Assembly: GCA_951406725.2 (NCBI GenBank)
Contig: OX597818.1
Span: forward strand, 34,596,001-34,660,000
Direction: 5' to 3'
Length of the DNA stretch: 64,000 bases
Origin: Octopus vulgaris
Lineage: Eukaryota
A program made the position numbers and the translations under genes. The notes below the pieces were generated by a model. That model was not told the origin of the DNA. It saw nothing but the letters and a program-made list of their open reading frames with translations, and did not search any database. Each line of letters opens with the position of its first letter. The stretch's first letter is position 1. This document shows, piece by piece, positions 52,265 through 64,000 of the stretch.

Positions 52265-54153
52265 ATATATAGATATATACACACGTGTGTGTGGTATGCT
52301 TCCCAGCCTCCACTTTCCAATTTTAACCATTTTGCTATTGTGAAAAAGTATTTATGTGGCCCTGATTTACTAGAAATAGAGACCAGAACTCTCTTAAGTG
52401 ACATCCTATCGCCTCAAAATGTGGAAACATTCTAGATGTACAATGCCGAAGAAAAAGACAGGATGGTCATGGTTGGAAAGCTTTTGATCTTAGACTTACT
52501 CAGGAATAACCTGGAGTTGAACTGTTGTTACAGTTCTCTCTTTCTCTTGTTTGCTTAAATGAATGAATGGATTATAGGTGTTGCTACAGTCTATTACTGG
52601 TGATGTTTTAAAGATTACTAACTTTTCTGTTTTGTCTTTAACACTTTGAACTAAAGAAGAAAATATTTTTACTAACAGCATGCTGCCTGAAAGTCATAAG
52701 AAGGATAAATGTTCCAGAATCAATGAAAATATCTATCAGTAATATACTAGGGTGATTCAGTCAACAGTACTGCTACTTAATTATAGTAAAAATTTGGCTT
52801 TTTGCTTACTCAACAGGAATTGTATGTAAGAAGTCAGTAATATTTGTCTTTTACTTTGATTACTTGTAATTCTGCTGTTGGTTTGAACTTGCAATGGCTT
52901 TAGCCTTTCTGTTGTATCCACTACTCTCAAAAATATTTGAGAAGGACATAAATGTTTTTTCTATTTGGTGTGTTTAAAACCGAACAACCCAAGTTTGAGC
53001 GTAGCGTTTCATTTCAATCCTGATGCAAAACCATACGCTATTTTTTTATTTCATTGTTAGTTGGTTCTTATGTTTAAAAATTTTTTTTTCTATTTTTTGC
53101 TTGTTCCAACCATTATGGTTTCGGTCATGGAACAGTACTTCTATAAAGAGATATATTTACCAAATATTGGTAAATCTATTGTTAGAGAAATTTTATATTT
53201 AAACTAGATAAGATTATTATTGATTTATACTTAAAGCATCTTTGTAAATATGTTCCACACTTTTTAACAATCTTTATAAAGATGGCCTCAAACTCAAGTT
53301 GTAATACAGCTGATTTTATCTTTCTGCTAACATAGAAGAAAGATGGGTGTATTGGTGGGATTGGTGGAGATCATAGCAAAGTTCAGAGGTGTAAAAGACA
53401 TTATAGTAATGGTAGATGAAACTGCATGCATGTAAGCTAATGGTTGTAGTGTGTAGGTGAATGACGCTTTGCAAGTCAGCTGGATAACCTTGTTTTGAAT
53501 GAAGTCTAGGATGTTTCATCATCGTCGTTCCTCACCATTGTTTGTATATGTACATATGTGTATGTATATGTTGTGGCGGATGCCCCCAAGTGAGAAGTGG
53601 GCTGTTCCACTACTGATAAATAGTGGACAGGCAATGAAGATATGTCGTCATAATACAGGACATACCACTATGTGTGTGTGTGCAGCAGCAGCATTCTAGA
53701 TATGAGAATGATATTTTAATATGGGTCACATTTATGCACTGCAGAGAGACTGCAACTGAACTATTTTATGCCTCTGAAGAAGAGCATAGCTTCTGGGATG
53801 CAGTTTGGCTCTGTTATATATCTATAACCACCACGAAAAAGATCATCAGACATTGTGAAGCCCAACAATTGTAGCAAATTTATGACTTTTATTTGTGTGT
53901 TATTAATGTGTAGGAAAGGTGTAGTGTTACCAGATTGTTTCTTTGCTATGTTCTAATGATTATGATTATATCTTGGCTGGTAAAGGAGACCAGCACATGA
54001 TGTCTCCAGTGCAGTGTGTATAATGCACATATCTTTGATTGTATGACATTCTGTGTTTAAGTATGACCATAGCATAAAAGATTTTGATTGTATATAGTTG
54101 TGGGTGTATACATTGTAGCTTTCAGGGTTCTGATGTGCTTGTATTTTCTGTAG

Positions 54154-54166
54154 TTCCTTTATGAAA
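54154..54166 (+). CDS. candidate 13-nt microexon
   Basis: ctgat branch, gtattttctgtAG acceptor, GTGAGT donor; continues the 44138 exon in frame (H-S-F-M-K). Confidence 0.4.
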
Positions 54167-56339
54167 GTGAGTATTGATAATTTGAGTGTTATTTCTTATT
54201 TGATAATTTTGAAAATATATTAAATGCTAAGTGCTGGTGTCACTTAAAAAGCATCAGTGATGGTGCCATATAAAAAGCACCCATGGAAAATGGACGTTAA
54301 ATGATGATGACAATGGTGATGATATATATTTCTCCTTTTCAAATTTTGTCTCTTAGGGTTGAAGTTTTTATGTTGTATATGTATTAAGTGATTTTCTATT
54401 AGGTGTATATGTTATTCTTATTGCTGATATTGACCTTTGGACATACTTGGGCTTATTTCTTTAACTGATATTGTTTTGATTGTTTCTGTTAGCCTGATTG
54501 AAGGTATTCCAGCCTAAACCACTCCAGCTTTTTTTTAAGCATAGTGTACCCTGGACTACATAAGGCAATGTGTTCTTGCCTTTTTAAGCTGATAAATTGT
54601 TTTTTGAGGTAGTTGTGGTTGCTGTTTCCAGCAAGCTGAGTGATGACATTAAGCTTTCTTCAGTATTCCTATAGGGCTTTATTGCTTTCCTCTGTATTGT
54701 TTAATGTATCTATCTGTGTTTGTTTATTTAATAAATGGTTCTTTGCAAGTTGGTTGCAAGTTACATTTTTTTTTCCGTCTGACTATCAGTATTCCATTGA
54801 TGGTGATGATTTTATTTGATTATTATAGTAATTTTGTTTTGTTCTGTTCACTATCTACCGGAGTAAATTTGTATTTTGTTGACAGAAATTATGTTCTAGT
54901 TTGGTAAAGTTTTGTTTATTTGGCTTTGTTATAGTATGGTCAGGTTTATACAACTATTTAAGTATGAGATTTTGAAGAATTATAAAACGTTTGTGTCTAG
55001 ACCCAATCAACTCTGATTACTGTTCTGATAAGGCAGAACTGTGATCAGAAGCTATTCAGCTATGACCTTTCCATATTTCTAGGGTTACATAAAACCACAT
55101 TATCTAATATGCCCTTTTCCTTATTTGATAGTAGGGTGTAATTTGAGGGAGATTTGTCTGCTATTTCTACCAAAGCAAGAGCCTGTGCAAAAACTCTTGT
55201 TTGTCTGGTTTTTGTCATGCATCTTCAGTTCGGCCCTGACTAAATAGATCTATGATTAGTGGTACTTGTGTCCTAACCCTCCTCTCTTATTTTCAGGTGT
55301 AGTGTACTGTGTTATCCTATGTATCCTCCCATTATTATTTTTTTTTTTAAATAGTAAAGAATTAAAATTTGAGAGAAATTTGACAGCTATGTCTAACAGG
55401 TTGAGTGACCGTATAGAAGCCTCTCTTCTCATTAGGTGAGTGTTCTTGTATATATATTTGCAGCTATGTTCATTTTAGTGAGAATTTACCTCTTCAAATG
55501 AATTTTCTACTTGCATTGATGATCTAGGATGTTTCTGTCGGGATATTTTGTTTTTATGTGTGTACTTGCGTACGCACATAAAACATTATATGTTTTTAAA
55601 ATTTGTTTTTGTACTGTTTATGTTTACTGTGTTATTAAATGTGCAAACAAAGCATGCTGAATTGCTTCTCTATAGTTATAAATTTACTCACTTGTTTATC
55701 TGAATTTTAATGTGAGTTGAAAACGACTATAACAAGTTTTTCAGTATGCAACTTGGAAATTTTTTGCTGCTTCTAAGGTTTCTTAAACGATAAGTATGCC
55801 CTGTTACCATGAAGAAATTTAGAAAGAAAAATGTTTTATTGTAGCTATTTCTTTTATTATTTATTTGATTCATTTCTAATCTCCACTCAGTTATAGATGT
55901 AATAAATCTATGCTACGTGTTTTAAAAATTTCCAATATTTCTATCTTTGAATTCTGTTCTTGATCATTTTGTAATCATATATCTAATGAAAAAATTAATT
56001 ACTTTTAGAAACAATGAAGAATTTGGAGGGATTTTGTAAAATAATTAACTTTGCTATTATCCACTTGCTGTTTTCAAATATAACTTGATATAAATGTTGA
56101 TTAAAAGTTTAAATTTAAATGCAAACACTTTAAAACGAACAATTTTGGATCAGAACCAGGAGCAGTCTCAGACGAGTCTCAGAAGAATGTTGAACCAAAA
56201 CTTTTTGTTTCATCACTTTTCATTATTCAACCATACCATCCCAGATTCTTTGCAACATTTTATCATTTTCATCTCTTAGGTCAACCTTAATTAGATAATT
56301 AATTCTTTGACCTATTTCTACATTGGCTATCAGTGACAG

Positions 56340-56456
56340 TATTCATTTCTGATTATATACATAAAATATCATTGGCATATGGTGATTGCCGTCGCAGTGT
56401 GTGCTACCCCGCTGATCCTTCTATTCTGGTATATGTATAAACACACAAAACATTAG
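56340..56456 (+). CDS. candidate terminal exon with transmembrane-like segment
   Basis: YSFLIIYIKYHWHMVIAVAVCATPLILLFWYMYKHTKH*; local CpG cluster; AATAAA at 56580. Confidence 0.3.
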   Translation, partial: YSFLIIYIKYHWHMVIAVAVCATPLILLFWYMYKHTKH

Positions 56457-57439
56457 GCTATTTCTATATATATGATACTGCTTCAAGCTGATTTAATCTT
56501 TGGTTTTTGGATGTATATTATTAGATTTGAACACTAATTATAACCAGATTATATCATGTCACTGCAGTAACAAAATATAAATAAAATTTTACATCTCTGA
56601 TCTTGTGTGACAGTTATGTAACATACATATGATGACCCTTGACATGTATGTGTGTGTGTATGACTGAATGCTCATCAATCATTTTAATTCAAATTCAATT
56701 CAACTACACATTTATATCTCTCATAACTGAGGAGTTATTACTGGTCATATTATTTATTTATTTATCTTCAATATACTTTTAATTGGTATATCAGTTCTGA
56801 TACATGCTTTAGATATCTTTTCTGAAAATTCATTTTCGCATGTTGAATAAGAAAGAAGCCCTTCTTTTGTGAACTACAGTTAAATTTTGAAAGTTTCTTG
56901 CTGTTAGTATGAACTTTAGTATATTTACATTGACTCCATAGCAAGGACTTCTGTAATACAAAGGAGCTACTGCACAATAACTTGATTTACTAGAAATAAC
57001 AGCCACATATCCCCCAATTCACAGCCTACACATACACATTCATCGACACACATCTTAAAAAAAGAGGCATAGATGTAGTAGACAATATAGTTTTAGATAT
57101 ATTGTCTGACATGATGGCCATTACTGGAATGTGTTTGATCATAGACCTGCTCAATCTCAGGGCTGTCCTGAGACTGAAAAAGATACATTAGATAATATGA
57201 TCTCTGTTATATAAAATGAAAATATGGTTAAGGCTGGATTATCTTGGGTTTGTTAAATCTTGGCTGAGTAGAGCTGAAAACAACTTCAGATAATATCACT
57301 TAACATCAAAGACAAAAAAGAACCCTGTTATTTTCACTCTGTTACTGCATTTATGAATAGCTTGAAGCTGTGTATTATATCACTTTTCATTAATCAGTCA
57401 TTCTTAATTTATAGCTTTCATTACTGAATTTATACTATT

Positions 57440-57895
57440 GAGATGGCAATTTTGCAAAGGACTGAGAGAGCAATAGTGAGAGAAATGTGTGGGATGAAGC
57501 TGTTTGATAAGAGGAGGACTGAATATTTGATGGGAATGCTGGTATTGGAGGAATCGGTGGAATGGTTGGCAAGGGCGAATGGAGTGAGGTGGTATGGGTA
57601 TGTGTAGAGGAGGGATAAAGAGCATGTTCTGAGGAGGGTGATTGCGTTTGAGGTAAATGAAGCACGAAAGCGAGGTAACCGAGGAAAAGGTGAAGGGGAC
57701 AGGTGGAGGGGACGGTGGAGGGGACAGGCGGAGGAGGAGATTGGGAGGGTTGGTTTGAAAAAAGAGGACACCAAAAACTGGGCAAGATGGTGAGATGGTG
57801 TGAGGGCGATTGCTTTGGCATTGAGGTAGACCTGGCCACCCCACTTAACAGGGGACAAAACCCAGATTTAAAACACTGGATAATGATGATGACGA
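57440..57895 (+). mobile_element. RTE LINE 3' end (third family)
   Basis: EMAILQRTERAIVREMCG..ANGVRWYGYV*RRD..VLRR. Confidence 0.85.
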
Positions 57896-59089
57896 CAACC
57901 ACCACCACCACTACCACCACCTCGTCCTTCTCCTCCTCCTCCTCCTCCTCCTTCTTCTTCTTCTTGTAGCCTGGTTAGTGAAACATATTACTGTAATAAA
58001 TTAGTTATTGTTATGATTTTCAATACTGAGCTTTTATTTTTGATTCTCTACACTTCTGAATAGTGTGTGACATCATGTTAAGATCTAAAAGTTTGTACAT
58101 ATTATTACTATTTTTCACTGTCAAGATTGTAAGAATTTAGCAACTCCTACTGCTTGACAGTAACATGTAATTAGTCACTTGTATTAAAAAAAAACAAAAA
58201 AAAAAACGAGAATTATACAATTAAAATTCAAAAATGACAGTTACTAAGGTGATAAAATCACTATACATAAGGTACTATTTATTTTTGGCTTATTAACTGG
58301 CTTAAACAGTAGTTTGAAAATTATTTGGTGATTCAAAATGGTGACCTGCTAAATAACTTTGTCCATCTTTACAAAAAAAAAAAAAAAAAAGCAAAATTTA
58401 AAACTATTCTTGTCTGTGACATTAGAAGCAAACAAATTAGTAATGATTTCTTTCCACTTTAAATGTATACCAGCAAATGACATTTTATTTTGAAATGCAA
58501 TTATATTCTAATATTGATTAATTTCTTGATGATGGTTCTACTTATACATCATCAATCCAAACATTGTCATAAGTACTGAGGTGTAAATTTAGGCAAGTTG
58601 CTGTTTTTGACATTACCAGTAATAAATTCAGTTCTTAACCTTGTGGTTAACTGTTTGACTTCTATGGCTAGATGCCCTTCCTGTTTCCAAACAAGGAAAT
58701 ATTTCCCATGGCGAGACATGGAGAACTGAAAACAAACAACATGTATGATGGAGATGCTTGTTTATAGCCATCACATGATGTTAAGAACACAAATATGCAT
58801 ACAAACACATACATCTACACACACACACACACGTATAGGCATGTGATAGGCTTGTTTCAGTTTCTGTCTACCAAATACATTTACAAAGCTTTGGTTGACC
58901 TAGGGCTATATTAGATAACACCTGCCCAACTGAAATCATGTAGTTGGGAAGCAAGCTTCTTAATTACATAGCTACACCTGCACCTGTCTAATAATACGAA
59001 ATGCATTCCAAAGATGCAGAATGGTCTAAATTTGGAGAAAAATTCAGCCCGCACAAGCACAAAAAGAAACTACAGTAATGTCGTGATTG

Positions 59090-60469
59090 TACAGGGTGAT
59101 CAGACGAAATGTAGACATATACAATGTGTGGCAGAAAGGTAGCCCTGATTTCAAAGGTTAATAAAAAACAAACATATGAAGACACAAGAAAAAACAAACT
59201 CTTCAACAACAAATGCACAATGCTCTCCACTTCAGGCCATGGTGGGTACTACCTGAAACAGATAAAAAAAAAAAGAAAAGAAAAAATGGCATTTAATGAA
59301 CTTCATAGAAATACAAAAATTTTTCATGCATCTTCATGTCTTTGTTTTTTATTGACCTTTGAAATAGGGCAACCTTTCTGCCATACCCTGTATTTATTCA
59401 AATAACATCTTGATACAAAATGATACATTGAATTTAAATATGCTCAAATAAAGCCCAGGAAATGTAGATTAAGATGATATATTTAATTTTCAATATATCC
59501 ACCCTTGGTGAAAACTGCCTGCTGGTGTCTGGGAACAACTTGGGAGCAAGTGGCATGAACAGTTTCTTCAGAGATTTCATTCCAGCATTTTTGCAAATAG
59601 CATTCAAGAGCTCTGAGACTCATGTGAGAATTAGCACAGGCTTTGCTCTCAAGGATAGACCATATGCCAAAGTCCATCGGTTTCAGGTTGGGTGGAGAGG
59701 GGGAGGGGACAGAGCTCTTTTGACCAGAATGCCTTGAAATTCTCTTGTCATTCTTGGACCTTTTTAGCCATATGAGGTGTGCCAGCTTGCTGGAGAGTTA
59801 GACCTTTGTCCCCCATTGTTGCAATAATCTAAGGGACTACTTTATCTTTTAACATGTCCAAATAAACGTTGTTTTGCTTTTACACTCTCTTCAATGAAGA
59901 TTAGTGGGGTTTTCATGCCATTTGAGGTCGCGGCCTTTTTCCCTTTGTGGCTTCAGACAAAAGATATGCTTTTGATACCTTGTATGGGAATAATTGAAAA
60001 TCATTTTTCAATAAATTATGCATAGCTCCATAGCTTGTACCAGCTTCTGAAACAAGTTTTCTGATGCTTCATTGCTTCATTTTGGATTACGCCTGATCTT
60101 CTCTTTGGTGTTTTTGATGAGTTGTTGAGTTCTAACTGGTTGAGCTGGAGTAGTTCTCACTCTTGGTAAGCAAGAACTGATCTCTTTTATTCATTTGATT
60201 ACTTTATAGACTCCTGAGCTGCTGACACTGGGTTTCAAAATCTTGAAAATCTTGCTAGGAGTTTTCCTTTTCTTGAATAGCCCTTCAATTGCTTTATTTA
60301 TTCTATTCATACTAGCTTAACTACTAGCTTCAAGTATGTTAAATTTCAAGTAGAAATTAGTTTCAATACCACCTTAAATGTTAAAAGTATTAAATTTCTG
60401 AAATAAGAAAACAAATGTTAATTAAATTTAAGTAAAATAAATGTCTGCACTAGAGTTGATCATCCTGTA
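59090..60469 (-). mobile_element. decayed Tc1/mariner (maT/DD37D-like) transposon
   Basis: TIRs tacagggtgatca..tgtagacat / atgtctgca..tgatcatcctgta; NPMDFGIWSILESKAC..KGGYIE. Confidence 0.8.
59120..59391. mobile_element. nested Tc1/mariner-type MITE with ~75-bp TIRs
   Basis: tggcagaaaggtagccctgatttcaaagg..tgaaga mirrored at 59320-59391. Confidence 0.8.
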
Positions 60470-61139
60470 TTTTTATGTGATGTGTCAGTTACTAGATTTT
60501 CAGTAATTTCCATAATTTTAATTTGGTAACACTAAATTTTGCCGATCTGCAGTATTTCAGTTGTCTTGTCAGTGTTTGTAGTATTCATTTGTAAGTACTA
60601 TTGAAACAGATGTTATAAGAGGAATGATAAATTTTCTTATAAAGTATTTTATGCCAGATGACACTTTCAGTTGGAAAAATAATGTTGTTTCCTTTTAAGA
60701 GTATTAGATTTTCAGATGTTTCATGTTGGAGTTTTAATCAATTTCTGTAGAAGTTGTTCAAATTTTAAACTTTTCAGCATGTTTTAAGAAATTCTGTGAA
60801 CTGCAATAATATAATATAAGGTAATAAGATGATATACTTCAAATGCAAATTAAAAATTTTTTCAAGCATTAGCTGTTTAAATATTAAGTAGTAACAGTTT
60901 AAATGACAGGTTAACCAGTCAGTGAGATACTAATAAATTAAGTCATTTCAATGTTTTGGTTACAGCTACAGTATACCTGAAGCTCCAATTTTACCAATTT
61001 GTTCCATGGCTTCCTGGGTTCCTCTCCTTCAAGCTTCATTCTCATTGAGTGATTAGCACTTCTTTACACAGCTGCTCTCATCCATATGCATAACAAAAAT
61101 ACACATATACAAATATACATATATTTGTGCCTTTCATAG

Positions 61140-61300
61140 GTGCAGGAGCAGCTGTGTGATAAGTAGCTTGCTTATCAACCACATGGTTCCGGGTTCTGTC
61201 CCACTGCGTGGCACCTTGGGCAAGTGTCTTCTGCTATATCCTTGGGCTGACCAAAGCCTTGTGAGTGGATTTGGTAGACGGAAACTGAAAGAAGCCTGTC

Positions 61301-61338
<38 letters not shown>

Positions 61339-61540
61339 TGTGTGTATGTTTGTGTGTCTGTGTTTGTCCCCCCACCATTGCTTGACAACCGATGATGGTG
61401 TGTTCACGTCCCCATAACTTAGTGGTTCAGCAAAAGAGACCGATAGAATAAATACTAGGCTTACAAAGAATAAGTACTGAGGTTGATTTGTTCATCTAAA
61501 AGCGTTGCTCCAGTCAAATGACTGAAACAAATAAAAGAAA
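61140..61540 (+). mobile_element. CORE-like tRNA SINE, full length
   Basis: same family as 12305. Confidence 0.85.
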
Positions 61541-62329
61541 AAAAAATGTTTTTTGTTTTACAAACAAGGGAAAGAATACCCATTATATATTGCAGAGTAT
61601 ATTTATTTGTACCATTGCTAATCCGATTTTCTTAGTTGATGCATGTTTTGTCTTGCAACTAACTTGAAAATATATTTATATATTTTCAAACCAAATTTGA
61701 ATTATATATACATGTTTTTTCAAGTCAGATGCAACTATGATTGAATAGTGAAGAAGTTAGCTTCACACATGTGAGGTCATAGATTCAATTTCATTGTCTT
61801 GCATATTGGACAAGTGCCTTTACCATAACCACAGGATTACTTAAGCCTTGTGAATGTAAATGGGTTGAGGGAAACTTTGTAGAAGCCTTTCAAGTAAATT
61901 GTACCTGTGATTTAAGAAGTTCATCTTTGTCGGACTGTCTTATTGATTCTACTTCAGAATTATCTTATCAATACATCTGTCTGCAGAATATTCTAACACT
62001 TTGCATGCTAATTCAATGAATAAGTGATCCAGAATTGATGGTGGTGGGACCAGTACATCACTTACATGTATTGTTTCTAACCATAAATTTATTTTTGTTG
62101 TTGGCTCAAGATTTATCCTATGGAAGCAGGATTCCTCAAAACTGGCTGTGCTCATACCACCTCCACTCAGGCACTCCTAACTCTTGTCTCGCTTCTACAT
62201 GTTACTTATCTTGTGTCAATCCCTCCCAAACCCTGCACTAGCCACTTCACAAAGTCCTTCTTCTTCAGAACGTTACTCTAGACTTTCCTCTCTGCATATA
62301 TTTCTTCTGCATCTGTTGGATTGTAACTG

Positions 62330-64000
62330 CTCAAGAGAAAAATTAGCAAATTAATCTCACTGGTTTTAGAGGCCTTGTGAAAGCCATAGATACAGCCTTT
62401 TCTTCTAAACTAAACCAAGATAAAATGCCCCATGATGGAAGCATCAATTTCAGATATTTCTGTGACACTTTAAGAGCTGCATATACTGTACAACCCACAG
62501 GCTTTAGGCTCATTTCTGTTGCTAAGTGCTAACAAATTAGTACTGTCAATATTGGACAAGGAAATGACCCTTGAAAGATAGATGGGAATGTTTCCATAAT
62601 GACCTGAACTACCCCACTGTTGTCAATGAAGTTGTAATGGCTTACTTGTATGGTAGTAACATATCAGTTACTACTTTCCTACCTAGTATGAGATCTGTTC
62701 AGTGGCAAGGCTCTTGGACATGATGCCATTGAAGATAAGATCTACATGATTGGTGATCCTTGCCCTGTCTCAAGCTCACTAAGTTTTCTATATCAGGAGA
62801 ACATGCCACATGATTTAAAGAACACCCCAATAGTCAACCTGTGCTAGAAGGAAAATGCTTAGTTCTGCAATAACCACCAAGAATATTTTTGTTGTCAGTT
62901 GCTGGGAAGAGCCTCACTTGAATAAAGTTGAACCAGCTGCTTGACCACTTAGGACAGGGCTTTGTGCCTGAGAGCCAGTACTGTTTTATAGAGGGCTGTA
63001 GTGCACTCAACAAGGTGTTTTGTTGCATGCCATTTAGAAGAAGTGTTGGGAGCAATAATTAAATTTTTACATGACTTTTATTGATCTTACAAAAGCATTT
63101 GGCTCTTGGTCTTGAAGGGTTTTGGAGAGACATGCCCAAGTAGAGATGCCTTGTCATGTGTATTGGCCAATTATGGTAATTTCTTGAGGGCCTGTATGCC
63201 AGGTTAATTGTTGATAGCAGCATTCTGAATCATACATGGTGGTTAAACAAGGTTGTGTGCAAGCACCAGCACTTTTCAGCATTAGGCTTTCAGTCATGCT
63301 GACTGATCTAATCCACAGTAGAGAGGATGTCACACTGATGCCGGGCTTTTCAAATTCTGGAAATTCCTAATTGCAATGAAGGAAGAAGAGAATATGTTAT
63401 GTGTATTCTTTACAGATGACCTTGCTCTGAATGCAGGCTCAGTTTGAGATGTAGCAGTGCTGCAAACAGGTTATTTTCTGCCTGTAGTCTCTTTGACATC
63501 CTCATGAGCACAAAGAAAACTGAAGTCATGTGACAACCAGCTGCTCACAAGAACTGTGCATCACTTACAATTACAGTCAGGGACCACACTCTACTAACTG
63601 CTGACAGGTTTACATAACTTGTGGTTAACTGTTTGACTTTAACCTTGAGGTTAATGTCAACTTTTCTGTGCATGTGTAGGTTAGATAGAATTTGTTGAGG
63701 TAGCACCCTCTCAAGAATCTTCTGGATAAACAATGAGATCAACATAAAAATTGCTAAAGCCAGTATTGCCTATAGCACTCATTGGTACAACATATGGGTA
63801 ATGATATGACTCATTCTCTAAACGAAGTCTACAGAGCCATTGTTCTGTCACTTTGACTGGAAGCCAGTGAGGCTTGAGCTATATACAGCAAGAATAGATT
63901 CTACTTCAAATGCTTGCACAAAACACTATGCATTTGTTAGTAGGACAAGGTCCCAAACAATGAGGTCTTCAGTTGCATGTTATTACCCAAAATCCATACT
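62330..64000 (+). mobile_element. old RTE (BovB-like) reverse transcriptase relic
   Basis: IDLTKAF, VKQGCVQAPALFSI, FTDDLAL, SLSTKKTEVM-like motifs with many stops. Confidence 0.8.

Noticed and set aside
53774-53800. CTGAAGA plus hairpin as a hammerhead (also 45333, 46242)
   Set aside because: No GAAA or stem III follows.
55778-55793. 16-nt microexon
   Set aside because: Introduces stops in the frames compatible with the upstream exons; weak donor.

Overview
AT-rich, repeat-saturated animal DNA whose repeat content points to an octopus or other coleoid cephalopod (inferred). It carries dense microsatellites, tRNA-headed SINEs (CORE-like and Nin/Deu-like bodies), decayed RTE, R4/Dong, HERO and Penelope-like retroelements, mariner/maT relics, a TTAA MITE and Helitron-like elements. 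Nearly all ORFs in the track are microsatellite or TE artefacts. The only plausible host-gene signal is a CpG-rich divergent exon pair at about 43.7-44.4 kb with tentative downstream exons. Main highlight: a 572-bp TSD-flanked retroposon at 22614-23185 with a near full-length 5.8S rRNA head, an RTE-5'UTR-like body and a LINE-type tandem tail, a candidate new SINE class. Also notable: several unrelated type I hammerhead ribozyme motifs of the Penelope/retrozyme kind; RTE 3' ends flanked by 171-bp and ~300-bp direct duplications; and a near-identical 2-kb tandem duplication. Family names come from motif recognition by eye, not database searches.
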